From Squalus acanthias (taxonomy: Eukaryota): 64,000 nucleotides of DNA. Every line of letters begins with the position of its first letter. The stretch's first letter is position 1. The stretch spans positions 46,376,001 through 46,440,000 of the forward strand of contig CM059441.1 in the NCBI GenBank assembly GCA_030390025.1. Reading direction: 5' to 3'. Shown here in pieces: positions 36,485 to 48,778 of the stretch. A program made the translations under genes and the position numbers. The notes beneath the pieces are model-generated. The model searched no databases, was not told where the DNA came from, and saw only the letters and a program-made list of their open reading frames with translations.

Positions 36485-38453
36485 TGATCAGAATCAGTGT
36501 ACCTTCAAAAAGGCCAAGTATGACAGTCAAAGCTGACAAAAGCAGAGAATGCTGAACGGTAGGTTACACCATGGGCCACAGCGAATTGTTCCACTGTGAT
36601 TAGCATGTAGAATTCTCGGCCATGGAAAGGATATGGGGAACGAGGCGAGTGGGATTAGATCACTTGTGGAGGGAACACTGGTGTCGACTTGATCGACCAT
36701 TTGACCCTTCTATGTCATGCATTCCCATCTCAGTTGGGTTGTTTGTGGAAGTGCCCAAAGAAAAGTAGGTTGAAGAGAGAGGTCAGCCTGCAAACACTTC
36801 CTGGCCACCAAATTATAGCGTAGTAATAGCAGAGACTCAGCTACAGAATGGTACAGGACCAAAAGAACGCAGAGTTCATCAATTAAGAATTATGCATATT
36901 TACACCTCACAAATTAGTCAACTTTAGTTAAACAAAATCAGCAAGACAAATACAAATTTTGAAGATTCAGAACCACATTAGAGTCAGACTATTATTGCAT
37001 TTACTATTATTCCTACCCAACAAGGTTTATCATTTTACTGATCACCTAACAAAAAAAAGGAACAGTTGCAATCCAGCCTACACAGACTAAAAACTGCTAT
37101 TCCTTATAGAGTGGCAAGTTAATATAAAGGCAGCATGCTAGAGATGGCAACCTACACACTTTATATTTGGGGAGCAGAACCAAAATGTAGGGAAGTAGCT
37201 GCCCTCAAAAGGATGCCACATCAGGAATTAGTTTAGAGTTTGTATTATTAAAACTCATTTTTCAGCAAATTCATTTTGCCCTAAAGACATTTTACACTAG
37301 TCAAAACCACTTGCCCAGTTTAAACTGATTGTGTCTGATAGGGGATAAAGCCTGAATTTTGTGATCAAGTTAAGGGCCTTCAAGACACTTCTACTTTCCC
37401 AGTCCAGATACATGATAAAGTTCCCTATATTCTGCCCTGGCAATGTGCCTCAATTCCAATTTAGAAGCGAATGTTATTTCTGAAGCCAGCCATTCTTATG
37501 GACCTACGAGCAAGATTCCCAACAGATGTCAACCATCAATCGCCATACCTCCCACTAGGAAACTGAACTGCTAACTCATTTCCAACATCCCACTAGTGCA
37601 TAAATTAGAAGATATCAGTATCATGGCATTCAGACCCTACCCAAAAAGTGAGCAATTCTAAGACAGCACATTTAACAAGTCTTTCATAGAATCTTACAGC
37701 ACAGATGAAGGCCATTCGGCCAGTCATGTGCGTACTGGCACTTTGAAAGAGCAGTCGTGCTTAGTCTCTCACCCCTGCTTTTTGTCTGTAACCCTGCAAG
37801 TTCAAGTATCTGTCTAACTCCCTTTATGGAATCAACTTTCACCACCTTTTCAGGTAGAGCGTTCCAGATCCGAACAACTTGGTGAAAATATTTCTCCTCA
37901 TCTCCCCTGTAGATCTTTTGCCAATGATTTTAAATCCATGACCTTTGGTTATTGACCCACTCGCCAGAGGGAACAGCCTTTCTCTATATACCCTCATCAT
38001 CTTGAAAAACTCAATTACGTCACCTTCAACGTTCTCTAAGCTGTGTGGCCGCGCAGCGCTCGAGGTCCCACGCAGCCGGCTTTTAAATAGAAAAACCACG
38101 TATGCGCGGAATTTTGAATGGCCCGCGCAGCTCATTAATATGCTGGCTAACAAGAGAAGTTAAAGATAGTATTAGGTCAAAGGAAGAGGCTTATAATGTT
38201 GCAAAAAAGAGTAGCAAGCCTGAGGATTGGGAGGATTTTAGAATTCAGCAAAGGAGGACCAAGAAATTGATAAAGAAAGGGAAAATAGAATGAGAGTAAA
38301 CTAGCGAGAGACATAAAAACAGACTGTAAAAGCTTCTATAGGTATGTAAAAAGGAAAAGATTAGCGAAAGTAAAAGTGGGTCCCTTACAGGCTGAGACAG
38401 GAGAAATTATAATGGGGAATAAGGAAATGGCAGAGAAATTGAACAAATACTTT

Positions 38454-40076
38454 GGGCTGAATTTTGCCGGCGCTCAGTGCGTGTTTGGAGGCGGGGTCCA
38501 CTGTCAAAATCAAAATGATTGACAGTGGGTTGGGAACCCGCTGCGAACCCACCTCCATGTAAGTTTCTAAAGTGTCGGGTCTGCGATTTCAGAACAGACT
38601 CGATGCCAAGCGGCGGGGGAGACATTTAAGATACTTAACGGCTTGTTTACTACTATTTTGCCAGCCTATTTCTACCACATTTTTAACGGGGTTCACGTCA
38701 GGTAAGTAGGTCGGGTTCTCTAGGTCTCCCTATTGCTGTGAATAGGTAACAGCTGCAAAAGTGGTATGAAAGCTACCATTTCACAGCTGATCACATTCCA
38801 ATGTCAGAAGCTTGAGCCTTCAGGACTTGGAAGACACTTTTGAGCTGTATGCAGTTTGGAAGTGTTTGGAGTAAACTCTCTATCCACTGTCACCTCCTTG
38901 GAGCAAGCTCTTTCATTGACAGGTCGCTTCTGTCATCTCAGCTTCAGCTGCCATCTATTCCAGCAACATCGATGCCCTTGAAAAAACACCTTGGTCCTCT
39001 GAATCTCTCCACGATCAACCCCAACACAGGACACAGGGCATCAGCACCCGACAACATTGCTGCTCGAGAGGCCCGCGATGGCATCACCATGGCTAGATTT
39101 ACTTCACTTGACGCTGTACACCCTGGCTGCCACATGATGCGCCAGGTTAACCCAACACCATCACCATAAAGCATTCCTACAATGACCAAGCCATTCCTTT
39201 CACACTCATCACCATTGCGGGGGGTACCGTTATGTCTCACTATTCACTGCAACTCACTAAGACACTTTCAAAGGTGAGCACAGATCTGTAAAATAAGGCA
39301 AAATGTTGAAAAGAAAGATTTCAATGTCTGACAACACATTAACAGAAAATTTATATGAACATTGCATAAAACACCCAGGTGCCTAACCTTGTGTGTTAGT
39401 TGGTATGATTGCGCTAGAATGAGGGCGAGTGTGAGGGGTGGGTAGTGAGATGGGGAAGTGATAATGTAGATAGAGAGGGATGGGTGAAGGTGCAAGTTAA
39501 GTTGGGGTGAGTAATGATGTGCAGGAGTAGGGTAGGGAAGGCAGTTATGGGGCTGTGATGAGTGGCACAGCAGGATGAGGTTGAGTGTGGCTTTGCAGTT
39601 TCGTAATCTAAGATCATTGAAAGGTTTGCGCCACTGCAGCCAGGTACTCCTGACGACATCCCTGCTTTTTCCCCTCCTGTGCAATGTGCAACCAGGCTGC
39701 GTTGGTGTCCTGGGGAGGTCTCCTCCGCCCGTGGAAGGGAGGAGAACCTCCCTGCGTGCTGTGACTCCCTCCATAAGCATATGGAGGGAGTCATGAGCGC
39801 GCCTGGGTGCAGCCGTGCACCTCTGCAGTGCTCGTCAGTGTTTGCAGCACCTCAATGCTGCAGAACACCGACAGCACAACTGTCAAAATAAATGCGGCCA
39901 TGGTCCCTTTAAGGAAACCGGCTGATGACGTATCAAATTATGTCATCAGACCCGCTTCCTTCCAATTGGCTGGGAATCCCGCAGGGTGGGCTTAACAAGC
40001 CCTATTACCGGAAAATCCTTTTTACAGAGCGGCTGCAGCGGGACTGGAACCCGCCTGCACTGGCGAAATCGTGGCC
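38454..40076. mobile_element. Internally deleted PIF/Harbinger DNA transposon
   Basis: Interrupts CR1 at tacttt^gtgtctg with 3 extra bases (TTT/TGT); imperfect TIRs (13/20); minus-strand Myb/SANT-like remnant; plus-strand AAREARDGITMARF resembles a Harbinger transposase C-terminus. Confidence 0.72.
39612..39815 (-). pseudogene. Frameshifted Myb/SANT-like (trihelix) DNA-binding protein of the Harbinger element
   Basis: Across two frameshifts: DSLHMLMEGVTARREVLLPS / GRRRPPQDTNAAWLHIAQE / SRDVVRSTWLQWRKPFNDL. Confidence 0.7.
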
Positions 40077-42189
40077 TGTGTGTCTGTTTTCATGGAAGAC
40101 GCAAAAAACTTTCCAGAAATAGTGGAGAACCAAGGCTCTAGCGAGAATGAGGAACTGAAAGAAATTAGTATTAGTAAAAAAAAGTACTAGAGAAATTAAT
40201 GGGACTGAAAGCCAATAAATCCCTATGACCTGATGGCCTACATCCTAGGGTTTTGAAAGAGGTGGCTAGAGATAGTGGATGCATTGGTTGTCATTTTCCA
40301 AAATTCTACAGATTCTAGAACGGTTCCTGCGGATTGCAAGGTAGCAAATGTAACCCCACTATTTAAGAAAGGAGGGAGAGAGAAAACGGGGAACTACAGA
40401 CTAGATAGTTTGACATCAGTAGTAGGGAAAATGCTAGAATTTATTAAGGATGTGGTAACAGGGCACTTAGAAAATAGGATTGGGCAGTGTCAACAGATTT
40501 ATGAAAGGTAAATCGTGTTTGATGAATCTGTTTTTTGAGGTTGTAACTAGCAGAATAGATATGGGGGAACCAGTGGATGTGGTGTATTTGGATTTTCAGA
40601 AGGCATTCGATAAGGTGCCACACAAGGTTATTAAACAAAATTAGGGCTCATGGGATTGGGGGTAATATACTAGCATGGATTGAGGATAGGCTAACAGACA
40701 GAAAACAGAGAGTAGGAATAAACGGGTCATTTTCAGGTTGGCAGGCTGTAACTAGTGGGGTGCCGCAAGGATCAGTGCTTGGGCCTCAGCTATTCACAAT
40801 CTATATCAATGATTTGGATGAGGGGACCAAATGTAATGTATCGAAGTTTGCTAATGATACAAAGCTAGTTGGGAATTTAAGTTGTGAGGAGGATGCAAAG
40901 AGGCTTCAAGGGGATATAAACAGATGAAGTGAGTGGGCAAGAACATGGTAAATTGAATATAATGTGGAGAAATGTGAAGTTATCCACTTTGGTGGGAAAA
41001 ATAGAAAAGCAGAGTATTTTTTTTTTTAAAACAGTGAGAGATTGGGAAATGTTGGTGTTCAGAGGGACCTGGGTGCCCTTGTACACGAATCACAAAGTTA
41101 ACATGCAGGTACTGCAAGCAATTAGGAAAGCAAATGGTATGTTGGCCTTTATTACAAGAGGATTTGCGTACAAGAGTAAAGGCGTCTTACTACAATTATA
41201 TAGGGCCCTGGTGAGACCACACCTGGAGTATTGTGTACAGTTTTGGTCTCCTTACCTAAGGAAGGATATACTTGCCAACAGAGGGAGTGCAACAAAGGTT
41301 CACCAGACTGGTTCCTGGGATGGGGGGGGGGGGGGGGGGGGAATTGTCCTCTGAGGAGAGATTGAGTAGACTAGGCCTATATTCGAGAGTTTAGAAGAAT
41401 GAGAGGTGATCGCATTGAAACATACAAAATTCTTACAGGGCTTGACAGGGTAGATGCAGAGAGGATGTTTCCCCTTGCTGGGGAGTCTAGAACCAGGGGT
41501 CACAGTCTCAGAATAAGGGGTTGGCCATTTAGGATTGAGATGAGGAGAAATTTCTTCACTCAAAGGGTGGTGAATCTTTGGAATCCTCTACCCCAGAGGG
41601 CTGTGGAGGCTCAGTCGTTGAGTATATTCAAGACAGAGCTCGATAGATTTTTGGATATTAAGGGAATCAAGGGATATGGGGATAGTGCAGGAAAGTGGAG
41701 TTGAGGTAGATGATCAGCCATGATCTTACTGAATGGCGGAGCAGGCCCAAGGGGTCAAATGGCCTACTCCTGCTCCTATTATGTTCTTAAAGGGGCCACT
41801 GGTCACCTCTTAACCTTCTCTGTTCCATTCTTTGATCAGGTTAACTAGAGATGGAACCCTACATTGCTCCAGAGATAATTCCAACATCTTGGTTAACATT
41901 TCTAAAGCAGCCATAATATTATATTGCTATCAGTTCAGATAAAGAAGTTATCAATTTTCTCTAAAAAAAAATTAAACATGCTACGGTATTGAGTTACAAA
42001 AGGGCATCTCAAAATTAACACCACAACCAATCTCCCAAGCTACAGTTTTTAAAGGCAGCCAAACACCAAAAGGTTCATTAGCCCAAGGATAAGTGTTTGG
42101 AAAGAGTCTCCAGTTAGTTTCTTAAATTTTTCTTTTTAATTAACAGTCATCTGTAGTGTCTGGGATTACATTCCTCCAATTCAGATTAC

Positions 42190-42354
42190 CTTTTCTTTAC
42201 CCTTGGCTGGACTGGTGGATTTAGATATTGAACCAGTAGCTTCTTTCTCCACCATCCCAAAGTAACGCTGCTCAGATTGCGTGTGAAAGGACACAGTCCC
42301 TTTTGGAAGTTTTTTAATACGAATTGCATGGTTCCTCTGTGCTGAAAGTACATC
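42190..42354 (-). CDS. CSDE1: CSDE1 coding exon, 165 nt, [23 protein letters not shown]...SPAKGKEK
   Basis: ctaaag|GAT ... AAG|gtaatc; ORF 42181..42423. Confidence 0.96.
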
Positions 42355-43319
42355 CTTTAGAAGGAAAAAAAAAACATTTATTACTGATTGATAAAAGCTA
42401 ATACCCAATACATAGGCTACCAAGAAAAAGACTTGCCATGACTCTTGTACGATCTATATTGGGATACTAAAAATTTAATGTTTTGACATCATAGGGAAAA
42501 AATCAAATTTTAAAGAAAAACAATGTGAAGACCAGCCTCTAGCTAAGATTAGAAAATTGGCTTTAAAATGCACATCTTCTGTATCTACTCTCTGACTGGA
42601 AATAACAAAACTATGGGAGTCACACTCTCATCCAGAAATGGAAACATGGTGTATTTTGTGCCATAAAATTTGATATTGCCAGTTGAAACCACTGTGGAAA
42701 CAAGGAACATTAAATATTTATTGCAGTTATAATTTTGTGGGTGGTGGGGGGGGGGGGGGGGGGGGGGGAGAAAGAAAGAGTAATTCTCATTCTTCTCCAG
42801 AACTCCCTGCACTATTCCCCAGAGGCAGGCAGACCAGATCTACCCCAAATGATGCTTTGCTGGGAGGAGGCCAAATGTGCATGAAGCAACCTGGCCTCCA
42901 ATCTTCCATTCCTTGATGAGAGAGCTTCTTCCCCTCCCCCACAGCTCATTTAGGGATCAGAATTCACCACAGAAAATTTTCAAGGGATTCATACTCTGTA
43001 CATCAATAGCAAAACACTACAAGACTTTATATTTTTAAACATACTTCAAACTGTGCATATAAGAATCTTGAAGTAATGCTGTCACTTGACCCTGGTTGTA
43101 AATGTATCAACATAAGTGTGTATCTAATAACTTGTCAAAGTCAGATATTTCAAACTTTCATTTACTAGTTTATTTTGATTTTCTACCCCGCCTCCCACCC
43201 TACCTCCCAGTTTCCTTCCTTCACAAAAGGACTTCATATGCTGAACAGTTCCATCGGCCACTCTGTCTCTTTCAGATACCTCACACAAGTGGCCACTCTT
43301 CACGTTTAATCAACCATCA

Positions 43320-43670
43320 GATTGGTTCAGTTGGCAGCACTCACCTCTAGGGCAGTATGTTGTGAGTTCAAGTCCCACACCAGGATTGAGCACATAAGAT
43401 AGGCTGACACTTCAGGAGGGAATGCAGTACTGAGGGAGTGCTGCATTGTCAGAGGCTAAATTAAAGCCCTGTCTACCTGTTCGGGTGGATACAAAAGATC
43501 CTACAGCACTATTCTGCATGTACCACAGCCAATATTTCTTCACCAACCAACATCAAAATTAAACCAAGTAGATCTCAACTGCTGTTTCTGGGATTTTGCT
43601 GTACACAAACAACTGTTCACCTACAGCAACTGCAGCTAAACTAACCCATTGGATGTGAAGTGCTATATAA
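43320..43670 (+). mobile_element. Older, decayed DeuSINE
   Basis: tggttcagttggcagcactc..gagttcaagtccc..aaaagatcc..gtgaagtgctatataa. Confidence 0.8.
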
Positions 43671-43872
43671 AATTTATTAATTTGTAGACACAATGTTGAC
43701 TACACAGAGGCCAACTGTAGTGCCTTTACCACAACCCCAGGTGAGAGCAATGAACCAGGGATCAGAGATCCAGTGTATGGTTCCTTTATCAACTCAGTCA
43801 TTGGAAAAGCTGCCAATCAGTATTTAGACACATTTTAATAAAAGCATCCAATATATAAATTGAAGCACTTAC

Positions 43873-44013
43873 AGGGACAACTGTGAACTCAACTTCATCT
43901 GAGATGTGGAGCTGGAGACTATCCATGATCTCACTAAAGTGGAAGAACATTCGAGCATCTCGATCTACACATTTAATGAAACCAAAACCATCTCTCATGG
44001 CTGCAATCACACC
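43873..44013 (-). CDS. CSDE1: CSDE1 coding exon, 141 nt, [47 protein letters not shown]
   Basis: ctgtag|GGT ... CCT|gtaagt; cold-shock domain motifs. Confidence 0.97.
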
Positions 44014-44327
44014 CTACAGAGACAAAAGAGAATCTGTAAATCTGCAGAAAAAAAAGGAATTTAGAAATCCTAATGCAGATGCTTTCACTGATCTTTAGGC
44101 ATCTTTGGCAATTAGTTTTTTACAAAATGTTTTATCATAGATATTCTGAATCATAATCTATACTCCTGCTCCCAACTCCACGTCTCTGTCATCTCACATC
44201 TGTTACTGCCTTACCTCCCCTTCGGAAACTACTACGAGCTCTCAAGGCTATCAATATCTAGTCACATCTGAACAGGATACTTGCATTAAACCCAGTTGTT
44301 TAAGGTTAAAAGGTGCGATCAGCTTAC

Positions 44328-44540
44328 CATTTCTCTGGTTTCTCCAGTCAACTCAAAAGAATCGGTCAGGATTTCAATATTTGTAGCACGTTCCAATTTG
44401 TCACGTCGATCAGTGGAGATATTAAACCTGACATGGTCACCTTCTAATAGTGTCACCTTAGATCTTGTGTCCTTATCTCCAAAGGGAAGTTCTTTGGAAA
44501 TGGCAAAGTTTACTTTGATGCGTCCTGGCAAAGGGTCAGT
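44328..44540 (-). CDS. CSDE1: CSDE1 coding exon, 213 nt, TDPLPGRIKVNF...LTGETREM
   Basis: ttgcag|ACT ... ATG|gtaagc; ORF 44319..44546. Confidence 0.97.
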
Positions 44541-45814
44541 CTGCAAAAAAAAGTGCAGCTCTTCAGTTGGTAAAGTGATTATACAAAAAAAAATTGTGTA
44601 CCGTCAACTGTTGATAATTCAAAGTTTTTTTGCACTTGCAAAAAAAAACTTATCCAATAATTTGAATGAATCAACTTTGAATTCACCGTTTGTACAAGTA
44701 CAATTGGCTCCAGGGCAAAAACATCCCCTTCCAATATCAGTCCCGAGTAGGGTTATGAAGGTTCTCCTCCACTTATAGACCTTTGTCAATATTACTAAAA
44801 TGCTTGTAGTTTCAGTTTATATCATCTGTTTGCAACTAGTTGATCGCCCATGGCCATGGACAAAAGGATACATTATATGTATAAACATGTACTGCAATGC
44901 ATTTCTTGCTACTTCATTGTTCACCTGCTTGTACTACATAGCTTTATTAATTTTCAAACAGAAAAATGTTGACATCTCCCATGCCAATTTATATTCGATT
45001 TGTAACCCAAGTAATATATTTTTGAAAGGAATTTTGTAAACCTCCTCTCCCCCCTAGGATAGTGTCAACCATTGTGAGGTCACTCCTGGTTAGTAATGTG
45101 GTTACCAAAAGCTATTTTACAGTCACATTATTCCACAGACCATAGCATTCAAAACCATTAATGGCGGTTACCACAGAAATTGTCACCAGGGACTAGGTGA
45201 GCCATGACTGGACAAACTGAAATGTCAAATTACAACCTCCCTACTGCCATTACCAACATTAATCCAGAGCCAAACCCAACAGTCAAGTCAGTGACAAACT
45301 TTACTAATAGCCAATAAGATTGCTACAAAAGCAACATGAAGAATGGTCATTTGATTACTATTAGCCAGCAGATTGCTCAAGAGTCATGGTGAAGAGTACA
45401 AGTACATAATGGTGTTTGACCTTTATGTACTTATACTTAAAATGATTATTGTTGCATACTATTCGGCATGGTCCTGACTTTCTCCATTTGTATTTTTGCT
45501 TTGACATTCTTCTCCTAACCTCACATATTGTAACTATTTATGCAATTCAAACATTTTTTTTTAAAGTTTAAACTTTAAATTGTTTTATACAATTCCCTCC
45601 AACCATGGTTTTGGCCACTGATTTATGAATAATAAATATCAAATTAGATATGTTGGACAAAATAGCCAATTTGCCACTCTTCGGCCACAGAGAGAGAACA
45701 CTTATTTCTGCAGATTATTCAATCCTGCAGGCAAAACTCCAAGCAATACTGTTAACATAACTTTGTACATCTATCTTTCAATAACCATGGGAAAGCCGGT
45801 ATTAGGCTATTTAA

Positions 45815-46269
45815 GTGTCAGCTGTGGCTCAGTTGGTAGCACACTCGCCTCTGAGTCAAAAGGTTGTGGGTTCAAGTCCCACTTGAGCACATAAATCTAG
45901 GCTGACACTCCAGTGCAGTGCTGAGGGAGTGCTGCACTGTCGGAGGTGCCGTCTTTTGGATGAGATGTTAAACCAAGCCCCCGTCTGCTCGCTCAGCTGG
46001 ATGTAAAAGATCCCATGTCACTATTTCGAAGAGGAGATGGGGAATTATCCCCGGTGTCCTGGCCAATATTTATCCCTCAATCAACATAAGAAAAACAGTT
46101 TATCTGGTCATTATCACATTGCTGTTTGTGGGAGCTTGCTGTGCGCAAATTGGCTGCCACATTTCCCACATTACAACAGTGACAACACTTCAAAAAGTAC
46201 TTCATTGGTTAAGCGCTTGGAGACGTCCAGTGGTCGTGAAAGGCGCTATATAAATGCAAGTCTTTCTTT
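45815..46269 (+). mobile_element. Full-length DeuSINE (SacSINE1-like) abutting a CSDE1 splice donor
   Basis: A box 45825-45836, B box 45869-45879, Deu domain, tail aaggcgctatataaatgcaagtctttcttt. Confidence 0.9.
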
Positions 46270-46271
46270 AC

Positions 46272-46397
46272 CTGGGTTTTACTGGATACTTTTGGAATAA
46301 CTTTGGTGACAGTTCCATCAAACTGTTCAATACTAACGTCCTCAAATATAACAGTTCCTTGGGGTAACAGTTTCACTTCAGTGGCAACTTCTTTTCC
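46272..46397 (-). CDS. CSDE1: CSDE1 coding exon, 126 nt, GKEVATEVKLLPQGTVIFEDVSIEQFDGTVTKVIPKVSSKTQ
   Basis: ttctag|GGA ... CAG|gtaaag; translated by hand. Confidence 0.96.
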
Positions 46398-48339
46398 CTA
46401 GAAAGAAAAAAGCATTAGCTACCAGACTGTATATTGTACTTTTTACTAAAGCAGTTATTTTAGAAGTTTTCTAATTGAAAGCACTTATGAACATTGTTTT
46501 TATTCATCGTGTACATGACTATGCAGCCAGATTTAGAAAAAAGTTCAGAAAAATATCTGTTACCATGGTCATTTTCTAGAAAACTCATTCCCCAATAACT
46601 AAGTGTCCATACATGGGAAGCAGATCACTTGTATTCAGTGGCTGCAACAGAAAACCCACTGAAATTGGGAATTGCTGCATGTATGTTGAAATCAGACATC
46701 CCCATCCTACCACTTTAGGGTGGTTTTAACAGCAAGAGTCTGAAAACAATTTTTGAAGTAATTGTGTACTGCAGAACCCAAACCCTTAAAATTCTAAGTA
46801 GGTTAACACACTAACACTTACAAAAGTCGAATTACAGCTGCAATTGTCCGTGCCGCAACAACTGTAGGTCCGATAGTGTTTGCACTATACTGTTATACTT
46901 CATACTACTCCAACCTCAAGAAAAAGAATGCTAATCACGCAATAATCTGTTCACCTGTAGATGTTAGTTCTGAGAAGACTGGTAGGATCTCGTGATTACA
47001 TGGCAGAAAGCAGATGTATTGTGCTGTTCAATATTATATTTCTACACAGTCTCAACCATATCCCAAAGTTGGGAAATACAAAAGTTGCATTTAAAAGAAT
47101 TACAATCAAATGATTTTACTGAGGAAATAAACTGCCAAGTGGAAAGAAGAAGATGCAATCGTAATTTTTAAGTGTTTCTGAAATCTGCCATGTCTATCAT
47201 TCAGAATGGTTTAACAAATCCAGGATACACAGACTGGTCACTGCAGGGTTCTGCAATAACTTTGCAGCCAAATACAAGGCATGGAATTAGTCATCCCAAT
47301 CTTCTCCAGCACCATCAATTCTGACTCAAGTCCATGCGGTCTTCCCAACCTACAGTGTTAATATGATGGATGGAGGAGGTTTTTTTTCCTTCCCTACAGA
47401 ATGGAGACCCACAATCTCATCAAGCAGCAATTTGAGTGCACCTATATACACCGAAAGTCAGGTTATTTTGATGGTGGGAGGGATATCACAGCCAAGCTCA
47501 ATTCCATTCAACTCAAATATTCAAAACAGTACGTATTCCAACAAGAATCGCTGGAATGCAATGATAGGAAAATGTGGCTGATTTTCTCCCTCCCAGCTTT
47601 CTAGGAAACAGAGGCTTAATGGTGCACCTGCTCATACCCAGGCCAGACCAACTAACTTAGCATAGGCAGAGTTAAGATCCAAGATCTTTCAGGTTTATGG
47701 CTCAGCATGACATTGTATAATGTATATACCAGCAGAACTAAGGAAGCTGACCACAGATTACATATATGCAGTTCTAGATTTTTTAAAGAAAGGTCTAAAA
47801 CCCAAGTTTAAAAGAAAATGAGAAGTCTAAATCATGAATAAAAGATGACATCTTTCTCTTCCACACACTAGATGTCACTATTCCCAAAACAGGAAAAGTA
47901 TCAGTGGATTCCTCTACCACATGATAAAAGGGCTGTGTAACCAGTGGCCAAATCTCTGAAAATTGACAACAGTAATACTTGGAAATGTATTACACCAAGA
48001 TACAAGTCTGCAAAGATCTACCTCGAATTTTACAACACAAACAGGCCATTTGGCCCAACAAGTCTATGCTGGTGTTTATGCTCCACATGAGCCTTCACCC
48101 ACCTTACTTCATCTCATCCCATCAACATATCCTTCTACCTCGTGTACTTATATAGCTTTCCTTTAAATTCACTTCTGATTTAAACCTTACTTGAAGGAAG
48201 GACTGGTAATTACAAATTTCAAGTTTTGTTATTAGAGGGCGTAAGACAAACTCAGGTAGGTTACCTGCCGAACGCAAGGCAAATTTTGCTAGCTAAATTA
48301 AAAAGGCCCAATGTGGGGAAAAAAAGGTAATTTATCTTA

Positions 48340-48500
48340 GGGTATTGAAGAAATGGCAGAGATCTTGAGTGATGCCCTGGTGAATATTTTCAACAGCTCA
48401 CTGAGAATCAGCATAGTGCAGGATGATTAGAGAAAAGCACATGTGGTGCCCTTACTTAAAAAGGCATCCATGTCAAATCCTGGAAAATGTAGACCAGTTA
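48340..48500 (+). mobile_element. CR1 RT internal fragment, decayed
   Basis: Encodes a degenerate DALVNIFNSSL..VVPLLKK..PGKCRPV block. Confidence 0.65.
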
Positions 48501-48649
48501 CATGGATGCAACTAAGTTATTGCTGAGAGGGTACCACACTAGCTAAATGAGCAGACACTCAGCTCCTCGCTTTTCTTGCATTTTGATACACACTTCCTGA
48601 AACAAATTTCATTAGTTATCCTCCCACAGGACATGGCTAGATTGCTTAC

Positions 48650-48778
48650 ATTTCTTTCTTTAATAGTAAATTCCACATCATCGCCTGGTTGCAAGGTTTC
48701 CAGGTTTCCCTTGAATTCACTATAGTGGAAGAAGATCTCTTTCACAAGGTCACCTCTTTCAATGAATCCAAATGCTTC
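48650..48778 (-). CDS. CSDE1: CSDE1 coding exon, 129 nt, EAFGFIERGDLVKEIFFHYSEFKGNLETLQPGDDVEFTIKERN
   Basis: tatag|GAA ... AAT|gtaagc; RNP1/RNP2 cold-shock motifs. Confidence 0.97.

Larger units (their letters stand above)
38144..41789 (+). mobile_element. CR1 LINE (38144-38453 and 40080-41789), frameshifted ORF2
   Basis: ORFs 38102..38293, 40275..40511, 40577..40927, 40929..41354, 41399..41704; canonical tail. Confidence 0.92.
38027..41801. mobile_element. Short hAT-like MITE (38027-38138 and 41789-41801) split by a CR1
   Basis: CA...TG termini; 8-bp flanking duplication GTCACCTT (38019-38026) / GTCACCTC (41802-41809). Confidence 0.6.
37685..41826 (-). mobile_element. Old CR1 3' fragment (37685-38026 and 41802-41826), outermost layer of a nested stack
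   Basis: ORF 37839..38153 C-terminal part (FFKMMR..LFPLA..GHGFKIIGKR); sequence resumes as gtcacctcttaaccttctctgttcc. Confidence 0.75.

Noticed and set aside
41322-42768. Long poly-G runs at ~41322-41341 and ~42746-42768 as G-quadruplex elements
   Set aside because: Simple homopolymer expansions (one inside a CR1), C-rich on the transcribed strand and prone to length error.
44296-44778. 160-aa plus-strand ORF overlapping a CSDE1 exon
   Set aside because: Antisense shadow of the 213-nt exon; non-ATG start and no independent coding signal.
45815-45885. tRNA gene (A and B boxes), also at 30706 and 43320
   Set aside because: These are tRNA-derived SINE heads continuing into the Deu domain and LINE-like tail, with no complete cloverleaf.
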